Virus record (IMG/VR): IMGVR_UViG_3300001528_000208
Span: 1 to 64,000 of that record
Origin: a virus
Lineage: Duplodnaviria; Caudoviricetes
Length of the DNA stretch: 64,000 bases
Reading direction: 5' to 3' (one strand)
A program made the translations under genes and the position numbers. The notes under the pieces are model-generated. The model ran no database searches. It was given only the letters and a program-made list of their open reading frames with translations, and had not been told where the DNA came from. How positions within the stretch are numbered: the stretch's first letter is position 1; every line of letters begins with the position of its first letter. Shown in pieces: positions 9,729 to 20,670 of this stretch.

Positions 9729-10850
9729 GTGAGAAAGACCAAAACTATGGATAGGTCGGCACCGCTGACCATTGCCGAAGCAAAAGCGAAAGACCGCGAT
9801 ATCCGAAAGAAGAAGTGTCGTTACTGCACAAACGAAAAGGATATTAAGCGATTCTATAAAAGCTACGATTTCTTAGATACTGATGGGAGACTTTCCGTGT
9901 GCATCGACTGCTGCACATACTTGTTTAATTATTTTTATCAGATGCACGGTCGCATTGATATTGCGATTTACGAAGTTTGTCGCTGTCTGAACTATCGTTA
10001 CGATAGTCGTGCATATAGTATGCTGATGAAGGCGCTTGAAAAGAATGGTATGCAGGCGACAGTAAATGCAATCAATGGCGTTGAAGAAGAAGAAACCGAA
10101 ACTGACATTGATAAAGTTGCGGTTAATACAAAAACGTCTTTGTTTGGCAAATACCTTACAATCCTTCAGGGTGTTTATCGTACTAACGAAGAAGCCGACT
10201 TGACGTTCGACGTTTACAAGAACGACCGTCCCGAAGGCTACGAAGACAAGACTACCGACAAGCCTGTTACAGAAGTTATCGAACAAGCCTATAACAAGAA
10301 AATGTCTGCGCTTGAAAAGAAGTGGGGCACTGGCTTTGAAGACGACGATTACGTATTCCTTGAAAACGAATACAACGAATGGGCTAAGACGAAAGACACC
10401 GATGAAAAGGGTGTTGATATGCTTATCAAGGAAGTATGCTTGCAACAGCTAAAGATGCGTAAGACGCGCGAAGCTGGCGATGAACTTAAAAAGTCGGACT
10501 ATGAGACGCTTACCATGCTGATGGATAAGTGTTCGATTACTCCTGATAAGCTAAAAGAAAGTTCCAGCAATAAGTCTACTGCCGCATTTGGCATCTGGCT
10601 TAAAGACGTTGAAACGCTTTCTCCTGCTGAATGGCTTGAAAACAAAAAGCTGTTTAAGGATGTTGAAGGCATTGACGAATACGTTAAGCGCACCTATGAC
10701 CGCGCTGTTCGTAATTATATTGGTATGTCGCGCGATTTCCGCGTCGTAATGGACAAGATGGATAAGGAAGCTGAAGACTTCAAGCCTGAAGATATCAGCG
10801 GCGTCTATCTTGATGTTGATGGTGATGACGATGGCGAGAAACACGACTAA
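9729..10850 (+). CDS. Zn-finger protein preceding terminase (YonG-like, possible small terminase subunit)
   Basis: CRYC...CIDC, KKWG motif; directly upstream of TerL. Confidence 0.55.
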   Translation: MRKTKTMDRSAPLTIAEAKAKDRDIRKKKCRYCTNEKDIKRFYKSYDFLDTDGRLSVCIDCCTYLFNYFYQMHGRIDIAIYEVCRCLNYRYDSRAYSMLMKALEKNGMQATVNAINGVEEEETETDIDKVAVNTKTSLFGKYLTILQGVYRTNEEADLTFDVYKNDRPEGYEDKTTDKPVTEVIEQAYNKKMSALEKKWGTGFEDDDYVFLENEYNEWAKTKDTDEKGVDMLIKEVCLQQLKMRKTREAGDELKKSDYETLTMLMDKCSITPDKLKESSSNKSTAAFGIWLKDVETLSPAEWLENKKLFKDVEGIDEYVKRTYDRAVRNYIGMSRDFRVVMDKMDKEAEDFKPEDISGVYLDVDGDDDGEKHD

Positions 10851-13800
10851 CTACAATCCGTTTGGTAGTAATGCAAATTCTGCGGATATTCGCAAAAGAC
10901 CGCGTGGCATTATTAAAAAGACGGAAATTAGCGAGAGTCGCCTGAAACGAATCAAGGATTGGGCAACGCTATATCGGCGCAACATTCAGCTGTATGCTGA
11001 ACACTATTTTCAAATCAAGACGCTTCACGACTATCAGAAGATGATGCTGTACGAAATTGGTGCGAAAGATGAAATTACCATTTCAGCATCTCGTGCAACT
11101 GCAAAGTCGTGGATTGTTGGTCTTGGCGCTATCTGCATTGCGTCTCTTTATCCTAAAAGCGAAATCGTCATTGTTGCATCGACCAAAGGTCAGGCTGGCG
11201 TTATCGTTGGCAAGATTCAAGGCTTCTACGACGACTATCCGAATATCCAGCGTGAAATCACGAAGATAACTAACAATGAAAACAACCGTATTGTTGAATT
11301 CTTAAATGGTTCCAAAATTACGGTTGTTGCGCTTTCGGATAACTCTCGTGGTATTCGTTCGACCTGTATTATTCGCGAAGAATGCAACAGCATGAAGCGT
11401 AAGGATTTGCTTGACTCTGTTATCGCACCTATGCGCTATGTTCGTCCCGCGCCTTTCCGACGATTACCGCAATACAGCCATCTGACAGAAGAGTCGAAGA
11501 TGATTTCGATTAGTTCTGCTGGATTGAAAATAAACTGGTGGTATCCATACACGCTTCAACAGATTGTTATTAGCGTGTTTGGCGATAAGACTGGTATTCA
11601 GTCTAAGGACAGCACGGTGTTCATGGCATTTGACTATTTGACAAGTCTCGAACATGGCATCAAGTCGCCGCGTGAAATTGCGTCTGAACGTAAAGCGTCT
11701 GACTATATATCATTAAGTTTTATACTTACTTAGTGCGCTACAACGGGAAACCTTGTAGTGTATGTTCCTGAATTGCTGGAAAACCCTTAGAGCTTTACAG
11801 CCACAACGAAAGAATGAAACACGTCTAATCGTGAAGGTTGAAAATTGTAAAGATTGGGCAATCAGCAGCGAAGCCCCGAACAGGGGAACGTTCAACGACC
11901 ATCCGCTGAAATGCGGTTAGGCACAAGTGTGCCGAAGTGGGAACCGCCTAAACCGAAAGGCATGGCGAATGATATGGTCTATACATATATGAAAGTATAT
12001 GCACACATTTAATCGGATTTTTAAAGCTGGACAGCGGAGTAGCTACCGTTTTCTACACCCTTCGTAGAATTACAGCTTTGAAAATAAATATACTTGAAGG
12101 GGATTTATTATGTTATCGGTCAATGAAAGGAATTTGAAAATCGTTGAATCTTATCAAAGTGGCAAAAATTTGAACGATGTGTCCAATGAATTTGGTGTAT
12201 CCGTTGGAACGGTTTTAGCTGTTTTACAAGAAGCAAATGTTTCTATCAGAAAATATAGAAAAGGTCGTTCTAAATTTACGCCAGAACAAGACGCCGACAT
12301 TGTTGAAAGATATAAAAATGGAGAAAAGACGTGCGATATAGCAAAATTATACAATGTTAGCCAAAGCTGTATCGTATATAGACTTCATAGAAGTGGTGTC
12401 GTGCTTGTTACAAAGGTTGACGACTCTGTTTTTGATAAGATAGATAGCGAAGAAAAGGCATACTATTTTGGACTTATCTGTGCGGACGGCTGGATTTCAA
12501 AGCTTGACACGACGCCATATGTTGGACTTTATCTAAAGGCAGAAGATAAAAATATCGTAGAAGGATTTATGAAAATGTTCTGCGACAAGAAGATACGTCC
12601 TGTTAAGCATGACGGTGTTGTTGTCGGCTATCAGGCTGATGTATATTCCAAACGGCTTGTACAAAAGCTTATTGAATATGGCATTGATAATGATAAGTCT
12701 CATACGTTAAAGTTTCCGACTTGTGTGCCAGAAGATTATTTATGCGACTTTGTTCGCGGATATTTTGATGGCGATGGAAGCATTTCTGGCTATCAAACAT
12801 CGTTTGTTGGGACAAAGTGGTTTATAGAAGAACTTATTCAGATTATGTCCAAGAACGCAAATGTTAGCAACAGGGTTACACCTTTTCCCGTAAACGCTGA
12901 TAAGGGGAATGTGATTACGAAGTCTATTGCGTGGTCTGGAATAAATCAGGCAAAAAAGATTCGCGACTGGATGTATAGGAATGGTTCTTCAACGATTTAT
13001 ATAAAAAGAAAACATGACCGATATTATTCCATTGATTAAATGTGTGGGGCGTGTCTAACGAACGCGTCTTACTGAAATAGTTTCTACTGAGTACCAAAAT
13101 TTGCCTTATGGCATTGATGAGAACGCATTCTTTTCTTATGATGACTTTGATAAAGCGCGTGTTTTGAAGCAGGCGTTCTATCCGAAGCGCCCCGAAGAAG
13201 TTGCTTCTGGAAAACAGAAGTATCGTATGCCAAAGGTTGCCGGCGAAATTCGTTTGGTCGGTGTTGACTTGGCGTCTTCTGCCGCTCGTGGTTCGGATAA
13301 CACGGCAATCAATGTCGCGCGACTTATTCCGAAGCGCGGAAAAGGATATGAACGACAGGTTGTGTATTCTGAAATTTCCAATGGTGTTGGTGCTCCTGCA
13401 CAGGCGCTTCGTATTCGTCAAATTATGACGGATTTTGAAGCGGATACGCTTGTAATGGACTTCCGAAATCTTGGTAATGCGATTTTCAATATCATGACCG
13501 ATGTTATCCATGATGATATTCGTGGTATTGACTATCCGCCAATAACGGTTGCTTATCATGAAACCATCGCGCATAAATACGAAGAGTATATGCAACAGAC
13601 AATCAATCCCAATGCGATTCCTTGCATCTATCCTATTTATGGTACTGCCGAACTGAATAGTAAGATGGCAGTTATCTTTAAGGATAAACTGAAGACTGGC
13701 ATGATTAAGCTTCTTGAACAGCCAGACGAAGTTGAAAAGGACTTTGCAAAGGATATTGGCTTTAGATTCTACACTGACGAAGTTGGCGATTGGGGTGGAA

Positions 13801-14084
13801 GACCTTGGTTGCTTGCTCCGTTTGAACAAACTACACAACTTATCAACGAAGCGCTTGCGCTTACTGTATATGTTGTTGGCGGTAATTTCCGACTTGTTGA
13901 GCCGAAGCGCTTGACAAAAGACCGAATCGTTTCTTTGATTTATTTGAACTATTACGCATCCCTTCTTGATACCGAACTGTTGAAGGGATTGAATGACGAC
14001 GATATGTATTCTGCTATTTCAAGTATGAATAGAAGCCTTTCGTCTTCAAGAAACGGAAACAAATTCGGACGATTCTTTAGATGA
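10831..14084 (+). CDS. terminase large subunit; spliced, exons 10831-11713 + 13081-14084, about 628 aa
   Basis: ASRATAKS Walker A, IIREE Walker B, ISSA, nuclease GVDLA and KDR; exon join reads DYISF-STEYQN in frame. Confidence 0.9.
11714..13080 (+). ncRNA. group I intron in terminase gene carrying a homing endonuclease ORF
   Basis: P1 CATTAAGT/ACTTAGTG with U.G at splice site; P AATTGCTGGAAA, Q AATCAGCAG; P7 GACCA/TGGTC; terminal G at 13080. Confidence 0.9.
12110..13039 (+). CDS. intron-encoded LAGLIDADG homing endonuclease with N-terminal HTH repeats
   Basis: YYFGLICADG and FVRGYFDGDG motifs. Confidence 0.88.
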   Translation: MLSVNERNLKIVESYQSGKNLNDVSNEFGVSVGTVLAVLQEANVSIRKYRKGRSKFTPEQDADIVERYKNGEKTCDIAKLYNVSQSCIVYRLHRSGVVLVTKVDDSVFDKIDSEEKAYYFGLICADGWISKLDTTPYVGLYLKAEDKNIVEGFMKMFCDKKIRPVKHDGVVVGYQADVYSKRLVQKLIEYGIDNDKSHTLKFPTCVPEDYLCDFVRGYFDGDGSISGYQTSFVGTKWFIEELIQIMSKNANVSNRVTPFPVNADKGNVITKSIAWSGINQAKKIRDWMYRNGSSTIYIKRKHDRYYSID

Positions 14085-14099
14085 AAGGGGTGAATCTGC

Positions 14100-15719
14100 T
14101 TGGCAGATGAGAAGCGTTCGCGTGGACGTCCGCGCAAAAACGCAACGCCAGAACAGCTTGAATCAATTCAGCAGTTCTGTGACTTTATGCGAAGCGACCG
14201 TGGGTCGATGTACTTCGCAAATAAAATCAGCACGAACATGAAAGACCTTGAAGCAGTTGCATATTCCCTTTCTGAAAAAGGCATCTACAATCCTATTTTC
14301 AGCGAAAGTCTGATGCAGAATCTTGCGTTCACTTCTGGTTCTGCTACCAATGAAAATCTTCAAAGTTGGTTGCAACATCCTGAAGAGAACGCAGAAAGCC
14401 TTAGACTGCTTTCGCACTATCTTGAAAATGCAAACTTGCAGTATGGTCGCGCGGCAAGCCTTCTGTCCGATATCAAGTCGTATCATTACGACTTGCGATG
14501 TGCAACGCCTGACCTTCAAAGCAAAGCGAATTCTGTTGAATTCAAAAATAGCTACCACAAGGTTCTTTCTTTCCTTAGAAAGCTGAATATCCCTTATCAG
14601 ATTCGCAAACTGGATAACAAGGCTTGCAAGGACGGCGTGGCTTTTGTTTGGTTTAATCGCACGAAGGACACGTTCGATATGATTGACCTTCCGACCGAAT
14701 TCTGCTATATCACAGCGCCTTGGACGTTTGGTTATTTGTTTGCTATCGACCTTACCTATTTTGATAGGTTTGCGTTCCAGCAGACACAGGTTCCTGAACT
14801 TTGGCACGCTTATGAAGCATTCTGCCAGAAGCGTGAAGAACTTATGGCAAGTCATAAGTATTCGCGTGCGGCTATTGCGCCTTATCAGTTTATGCCGGTT
14901 TCTCCGTATGATGGCTGGTGTTTCCTGTTTGATATCAATAGACCCACAAAGGCGCCGCCCATGGTTGGCGCTGCTGGTGTTGCACTTGATGCAATCGGCT
15001 ATCGCGACCTGATTAAGCAGAAGGCTGTTGTTGACTTGTGGCGTGTTCTTGCGTTCAAGATTCCTATTGATAAGACAACTGGCAAGATGCAGGTGACTTA
15101 CAAGGAAGCAAGTGCAATCATTGATAGTATTCGAAGCGTTCTTCCTGAAAACTTTGTTGCGTTTTCCAGTCCGTTTGATACGGAAGCGCCTATCAATGCA
15201 GACCAGACAAGCGTTATGGAAGGCTTGGAAAATATTTCTAACAAGTCTTTCTACGATTATTCTGGCATTCCCAACGCGCTGTTCAACACTGACCAAAAAT
15301 CTGCTGCTGCGCTGAAGCTTGCAACTGGTGCGCTTTATGCGTATGCAAGCAATGGTATGTATGCAAGCGCGCAGAATCTTGTCAACTGGCTTATCCGTAT
15401 TGAATGTGGCGATAGATTTGACTGGCTTGTTAAGTTCCATGGCAATAAGCTTTATGAAGATGAAGAACAAGACCGTGCGCTTAAAATGCTTTCTGGTGCT
15501 AATGCACCTATTTCCTATGTGATGTCGCACTATGGATTCGAACCGTTTGAAATTGAAAACGAATACATTATTGAAAACTTCCTGACAAACATCAAGGATA
15601 AGATGAAGCCGCTTCAGCTTGGAAGCACAATGAGTTCCAGTGAAGGCGGCAGACCGAAGGAAGAAATTGACAGTCAGCGGTCTGAATCGCGTGACGAATC
15701 CATTGATTCTGGTGAATAA
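14100..15719 (+). CDS. portal protein
   Basis: Follows TerL; 539 aa; C-terminal GGRP typical of YonE-like portals. Confidence 0.75.
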   Translation: MADEKRSRGRPRKNATPEQLESIQQFCDFMRSDRGSMYFANKISTNMKDLEAVAYSLSEKGIYNPIFSESLMQNLAFTSGSATNENLQSWLQHPEENAESLRLLSHYLENANLQYGRAASLLSDIKSYHYDLRCATPDLQSKANSVEFKNSYHKVLSFLRKLNIPYQIRKLDNKACKDGVAFVWFNRTKDTFDMIDLPTEFCYITAPWTFGYLFAIDLTYFDRFAFQQTQVPELWHAYEAFCQKREELMASHKYSRAAIAPYQFMPVSPYDGWCFLFDINRPTKAPPMVGAAGVALDAIGYRDLIKQKAVVDLWRVLAFKIPIDKTTGKMQVTYKEASAIIDSIRSVLPENFVAFSSPFDTEAPINADQTSVMEGLENISNKSFYDYSGIPNALFNTDQKSAAALKLATGALYAYASNGMYASAQNLVNWLIRIECGDRFDWLVKFHGNKLYEDEEQDRALKMLSGANAPISYVMSHYGFEPFEIENEYIIENFLTNIKDKMKPLQLGSTMSSSEGGRPKEEIDSQRSESRDESIDSGE

Positions 15720-15734
15720 AGGTGGTGATGTATA

Positions 15735-16229
15735 ATGCTTATTTCTAATGAAATCAAAATGGAACTTGACCAGCTTGGTCAGAAGTTCTTTTGGATGAAC
15801 AAGAAGCTTGACAGAATGAAGTCTGTTCTGAATGTTAAGTTCGCAATGCCGAAACTTGCAGAGTTGGTACATCACCAGCTTGCACATTCGTATCCGCTTC
15901 TCGCCGACCAAGTGAATGATATCGAAGAAAACTTTAACTACGATGTCAATTATCTTGGCGTTGAAGGCGCCAATGAAGATTACGAAGATGTTGATGAACT
16001 AATCAATCAGCTTTATGAATGGACTCTTGAAGTCAACGACTTTTTGCAGAAGGTTAAGCTTGATGCAATGGATGCTGGAAATCATAACGTCTATGACCTA
16101 CTAACCCCGCTTTCGCGTGAATATTCTAAATATGTAGCCAATGCGATTCTTCTTGTTGATAAGAAGAAACAGTACGGCAACCACCTTTACGATATGGACG
16201 CGCAGGCAGAAGATTGGTGGGTGCTATGA
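15735..16229 (+). CDS. ferritin-like four-helix-bundle protein
   Basis: Helical and acidic with HQLAH...LAD pattern. Confidence 0.5.
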   Translation: MLISNEIKMELDQLGQKFFWMNKKLDRMKSVLNVKFAMPKLAELVHHQLAHSYPLLADQVNDIEENFNYDVNYLGVEGANEDYEDVDELINQLYEWTLEVNDFLQKVKLDAMDAGNHNVYDLLTPLSREYSKYVANAILLVDKKKQYGNHLYDMDAQAEDWWVL

Positions 16230-16453
16230 GAATCGAAAACATTGGCGAACTTTCTGATAAGTTCAAATTCTATCGGTGTGGTAGCCCCAATCAAAAAGCG
16301 TTTCTGACTGAAAATGGAATTGAATACGTTTATTCGTATCGTTCGTCCAAGACAGACCGCGTAGTTTGGGTTTTTATTCTTACCGAAAGGCTTCAAAACC
16401 TTCTTGATATTTGGACTATAAACAAACCGACTGGGGGTGTTCAGAATGGATAA
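16226..16453 (+). CDS. small phage protein (DUF5659-like)
   Basis: FL..NGI.Y...WVF...L..LL..W pattern. Confidence 0.5.
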   Translation: MRIENIGELSDKFKFYRCGSPNQKAFLTENGIEYVYSYRSSKTDRVVWVFILTERLQNLLDIWTINKPTGGVQNG

Positions 16454-18281
16454 CTTTACTCATGAAGTTGACTATATGAAGTTATTGTACGAAGACCCTT
16501 ATGTGTCTGTTTTTGAACTTGATGCGCTTCATACTGGTTGGAATCCTAATGAATGTATCATTGATGAAGAATGTGTTTGGGAATCGCTTCCCAGTTTTGC
16601 CAATAAGCCGCTTTATGGCGTAATTGATAACAAGTGGAATCCGCTTGACGGTGAACACAATGACTTCATGGAACATTTCCGCGAAGAATATCCTGACCGC
16701 ATTACGCGCGACCGTATTCTCCCGTTTGGCTGTGTTCCTGAAAGTGGCTTGAAAGATGCGAAGCTTGTCGAACGCGATGGTAAACAGTATCTTCGAATTA
16801 ACGTCGTTGTGTGGAAGAATCTTCTTCCGCACGTTGCGGAAATCTTAAAGCGTCGTGATGGCGATGTTAGGGTTTCTGTTGAATTTGCTATTAAGGATGC
16901 GGAACAGCTTGAAGATGGTACGCTTAAACTGAAGAAGTTTAGCATTACTGCCATCACCGCACTTGGTGAAAAGTTTAGGGAAATCATGGCTGGCGCAAGA
17001 TTAAAGTCTCTTAGATTTTCTTATGACGATTACACCAAGGATTCCAACGATAAGTATTTCTGTTTTGCTTCGCAGAAGGCTTATGAAATTCCGCAAAACG
17101 TCCTTGATATTATGAAGCATGGTGTTGAAATGCGGCAGGAAGCCAATCGCGGTGGAAACAAGGTTGTATACAACAGTGTTAGAAGCAACTGTGATATTGG
17201 CGTGATGTATGAAGGTTCTATCAATGAAATGAAAGAATACTTCGCCGCAAACCCCGAACCCGTCAAAGAAAGCGTTCCGCCTACCGGCAAATACATCTTA
17301 TATAATATGTATGGTGGCGAAGCTGGTCGTGAATGGGTTAATTCTATTGTTTGCAACGGTTCTGCCGTAGCAATAAAAAATTCTGAAGAAGGAGGAAATC
17401 GCGAAGTGAATATTACTATTGACAACAATAAGGAAGCCGCCATCGAAGGTACTTCTTGGGATAATCCCGGAAAGGCGCTGTATGGCAAACTTCTTGAAGC
17501 AAGCAACGCCGAAGGTCTTGTCAAGGAAGCGTACCTTGTTGTTGAAAGTGGATACAAGGATGCCCCAAGCGAAAAACTGAAATATCCCCACCATCAGGTG
17601 AAGGACGGTAAGCTTGTTCTTAATGTGGCTGGCGTTAAGGCTGCTTTTGCCCGCGCATCTCAGATGGGAATTGTAAGTGGCGACGTTAAGAAGCATCTTG
17701 AACGTCACTATCGCGAACTTGGTCTGTCTATGGAAAACTTTGAGCAGAAGTATGCAGAGCTCGAGGAACAGTATACTGCTAAGTGTGCTGAATTCGACGA
17801 AAAGTGTGCCAGTTTGACGGCCTCCGAGGAAGCTTGTGCAGCGGCAGAAGAAAAGTGCGCTGGTCTTCAGGCTGACCTTGATGGCAAGTGTGCTGAACTG
17901 GATGCAAAGTGCGCTGATTACGATGCTAAGTGTGCGGAGCTTGATGCGAAGTGCGCCGAGCTGGAGGAAAAGTGTGCAAAGCTTGACGAGTACGAGAAGA
18001 AGGAAGTTTGTGCGAAGAACATGGCTTCTATCGACAAGTACGCCAAGTGCTTCAGCGAGGAAAAGGTTGAGGAGTTGAAGAAGCTTGCTGAAACCTGTAC
18101 TTGCGAAGAAATGGATAATGCTATTGCCAAGTGCGCCATGGAATTTGCGGAACTTGCTGTGAAGAATGATTTCAAGTTCTCTTATGGCTTCCCCGGCGTT
18201 AATACTGGCTTTACTGTGACTGATAGCAACGATAGCGACCTTGCTAAGATTGCGAAGAAGTACAACACTATTGTACGCTAA
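16446..18281 (+). CDS. prohead protease/scaffold fusion (YonD-like)
   Basis: N-terminal HTG.N.N, EH, VSVE, ITALG protease-like motifs; C-terminal coiled coil; precedes capsid genes. Confidence 0.75.
   Translation: MDNFTHEVDYMKLLYEDPYVSVFELDALHTGWNPNECIIDEECVWESLPSFANKPLYGVIDNKWNPLDGEHNDFMEHFREEYPDRITRDRILPFGCVPESGLKDAKLVERDGKQYLRINVVVWKNLLPHVAEILKRRDGDVRVSVEFAIKDAEQLEDGTLKLKKFSITAITALGEKFREIMAGARLKSLRFSYDDYTKDSNDKYFCFASQKAYEIPQNVLDIMKHGVEMRQEANRGGNKVVYNSVRSNCDIGVMYEGSINEMKEYFAANPEPVKESVPPTGKYILYNMYGGEAGREWVNSIVCNGSAVAIKNSEEGGNREVNITIDNNKEAAIEGTSWDNPGKALYGKLLEASNAEGLVKEAYLVVESGYKDAPSEKLKYPHHQVKDGKLVLNVAGVKAAFARASQMGIVSGDVKKHLERHYRELGLSMENFEQKYAELEEQYTAKCAEFDEKCASLTASEEACAAAEEKCAGLQADLDGKCAELDAKCADYDAKCAELDAKCAELEEKCAKLDEYEKKEVCAKNMASIDKYAKCFSEEKVEELKKLAETCTCEEMDNAIAKCAMEFAELAVKNDFKFSYGFPGVNTGFTVTDSNDSDLAKIAKKYNTIVR
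17770..18140 (+). repeat. Cys-containing heptad repeats (KCAELDA-like, 21-nt period)
   Basis: AKCAEFDEKCA...GKCAELDAKCADYDAKCAELDAKCAELEEKCAKL. Confidence 0.8.
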
Positions 18282-18306
18282 TTAAAGAAAGGATGTTGAA
18301 TTAGTT

Positions 18307-18843
18307 ATGGCTAATTATCTTTGCCGCGCGACTAATCCTCGCGTTCCCGACTACCTTGTTAAGAAGGTTTCTGTCCCCACCGGTAAGACCCTGCACGCTG
18401 GCGATATCGTCATGCTGAAGGCGCTTGATAGCGATATCGAGAACAACTATCAGGTCTATACTGGTTCCCAGCCTGCTACTGCTGACCTTGGTCTGCGTGC
18501 GGCTATCATCATCAATGACGGTTTCGAGACTCTTGCCGACGGTCGTCGTCCCGAGGGTCAGCCCGACTACACCCAGTATGTCTATCAGGCTGGCGAGGTC
18601 GTGACTGCTATCATGCTGGTTCCCGGTCTTGATTTCGAGCTGTCCACCGACGTCATCAATGGCACCTTTACTGCTGGTCAGTATATCGAGCCCGTCAACG
18701 GCGCTTATACCGGTGCTGTTAAGGCTACCCGTACTGAGGGCACTAAGTCTGCTCTTATGATGCTGGCGCAGAAGAACTTCCGCATGGGCGGTATGTTCGG
18801 CTACCAGTTCATCGACACGGTTGTTGCGACCGTTGTTGACTAA
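18307..18843 (+). CDS. capsid decoration/minor head protein
   Basis: Between scaffold and MCP; highly biased codon usage. Confidence 0.6.
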   Translation: MANYLCRATNPRVPDYLVKKVSVPTGKTLHAGDIVMLKALDSDIENNYQVYTGSQPATADLGLRAAIIINDGFETLADGRRPEGQPDYTQYVYQAGEVVTAIMLVPGLDFELSTDVINGTFTAGQYIEPVNGAYTGAVKATRTEGTKSALMMLAQKNFRMGGMFGYQFIDTVVATVVD

Positions 18844-18865
18844 TTAGAAAGGGGGATTCAATATA

Positions 18866-19990
18866 ATGAACGAACTTCGTTATTTCGCTGGCATCTCTAA
18901 GGATGTTGATGCTAAGACTATTATTGATAATTGGACTCAGCTTGGTCTGTCCGCCATGTCCCGTGATTACGGCGCCAGTGGCCTTGTTGCTAAGTTCTCC
19001 TATGATGCGGCTGCCTACAACCAGAAGAACGACGAGACCCGCAAGGCTGTCCTTTCTTTCTGTGGCGCCAAGGCTGGTATTTCTGATATTTCCGAGACCC
19101 GCCACATCCTGAATGCGTTTGATAATCCTCAGTTCGAGTCTATGTACAACGCCATCTTCACCGAGTCCCTGCTTGGTATCATGGTCAAGACCGATTCTCA
19201 GGCTATGAACGTTTTCGCCAATATCGACACTGTTGACGTTGGTAATTCCCTGACTTACGACATCGAGACCAAGGGTCTGCCCATTGCCCAGCGCAACAGC
19301 TACATGAGCAATGTTACCTTCCTTGATGGCGTTGCTAAGACTGCTATCACTGTCACCCCTAAGGTGTACAGCACTGGTACTGCTATCGACGTTATCCGTA
19401 TGCTGAAGGGCGACATTGACATGGGTAAGGAAATCGCCCGCGTCGCTATGTCCCTGCTTTATGCCCAGTACAAGCTGTGCGTTGGTCTGGTTGCTAACAC
19501 CGACGTTATCGCCAACACCCCGCTGTATCGTACTGGTGCTTTCAACGCCAATCAGTATGTTCTGACCATTTCCTATCTTCAGGCGCTGAACAATGCTGGC
19601 GTTAAGGCTTATGGTACTTTGCCCGCCCTGAACAAGTTGGGTGCTACCGCTACCACTGGCTACGGCTTCGCTTCTCAGGACGAAGTTCTTCGTCTTGGCT
19701 TCCTGTCCGTCGCTTATGGCATTCCTCACGTCATTCTGAATCAGGCTACCGACGGTTCCGCTCCTCTTGGCGATTCCGATGGTAACATCAATATGCTGGT
19801 TCCCAATGACAAGATTTTCCTGATGCCCGATGTTGGCGACAAGCCCGTCAAGCTGGTTCGCGAGAACTACATCCGCGTCATGAATACCCCCGCTTCCGTC
19901 AATAGCATCAATCGTCGTGAGTATCAGTATTTCATGGCGTTCGACGCTGCTATTGCTACTCAGGCGCACTTCGGTATCCAGTCCGTCTAA
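18866..19990 (+). CDS. major capsid protein
   Basis: Position, 374 aa, very strong highly-expressed codon bias. Confidence 0.8.
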   Translation: MNELRYFAGISKDVDAKTIIDNWTQLGLSAMSRDYGASGLVAKFSYDAAAYNQKNDETRKAVLSFCGAKAGISDISETRHILNAFDNPQFESMYNAIFTESLLGIMVKTDSQAMNVFANIDTVDVGNSLTYDIETKGLPIAQRNSYMSNVTFLDGVAKTAITVTPKVYSTGTAIDVIRMLKGDIDMGKEIARVAMSLLYAQYKLCVGLVANTDVIANTPLYRTGAFNANQYVLTISYLQALNNAGVKAYGTLPALNKLGATATTGYGFASQDEVLRLGFLSVAYGIPHVILNQATDGSAPLGDSDGNINMLVPNDKIFLMPDVGDKPVKLVRENYIRVMNTPASVNSINRREYQYFMAFDAAIATQAHFGIQSV

Positions 19991-20028
19991 GTTTTAGACA
20001 AACACTTTTAGAATTGAGGTTTTAAGAA

Positions 20029-20646
20029 ATGGCTAATGCTGCAAAGCCTGTTGTGAATAGCGATATCCTTGCAAAGCTTGATGCTGTTATCAAGATGAAT
20101 GAAGCACTTCTGGCGGAGAACGAAAGTCTCCGCCAGAAGATTTCTACTAACAAGGACGGTCGTAGAAATGTGGAACTTGGCTGTAATGCCTGCATGGGCG
20201 TGACGCTTGTTTCTGCTGCTGGTGACATCGAAATTGATGTCAAGTTTGGCGATATTGTCACGATTTCTTCCGAAGATATGAATATTCTTCTGAAAAGTAA
20301 CGCAAATAGGCAGTTGCTGATTAACAACATCGTCTACTTCGTTGACCCATCTGAATATGAAAACTTTGGTGTTCGCGCGCGCGTTGATATGAGTGATGAT
20401 AAGCTTGTTGACGTTATTTGCAACGGAAGTGAAAAGCAGCTTCAGGCATATCTGGAAGATTCTACTTCCAAGAAGTTCCAGTCCGATGTTGTGAATACGC
20501 TTTTCTACAAGATTGTTATTATGAATATGAATGGCGCGTTCGGTAATATGAAGTATGAAAACCGCAAGGTTATTGAAAATTACTTCAACATGGAAATCGA
20601 CATGGCAACCCGCCTGTATAAGTCTATGATTAGCGTAATCGGCTAA
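20029..20646 (+). CDS. head-associated hypothetical protein
   Basis: Follows MCP, RBS present. Confidence 0.6.
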   Translation: MANAAKPVVNSDILAKLDAVIKMNEALLAENESLRQKISTNKDGRRNVELGCNACMGVTLVSAAGDIEIDVKFGDIVTISSEDMNILLKSNANRQLLINNIVYFVDPSEYENFGVRARVDMSDDKLVDVICNGSEKQLQAYLEDSTSKKFQSDVVNTLFYKIVIMNMNGAFGNMKYENRKVIENYFNMEIDMATRLYKSMISVIG

Positions 20647-20670
20647 TGTTTATAAGAACGGAGGTGTGTA

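Noticed and set aside
14163-15911. Long antisense ORFs (also 8339-9436, 18809-19969, 33962-35035, 43009-44016, 44498-45667)
   Set aside because: Shadows of codon-biased plus-strand genes; no RBS or recognisable motifs.
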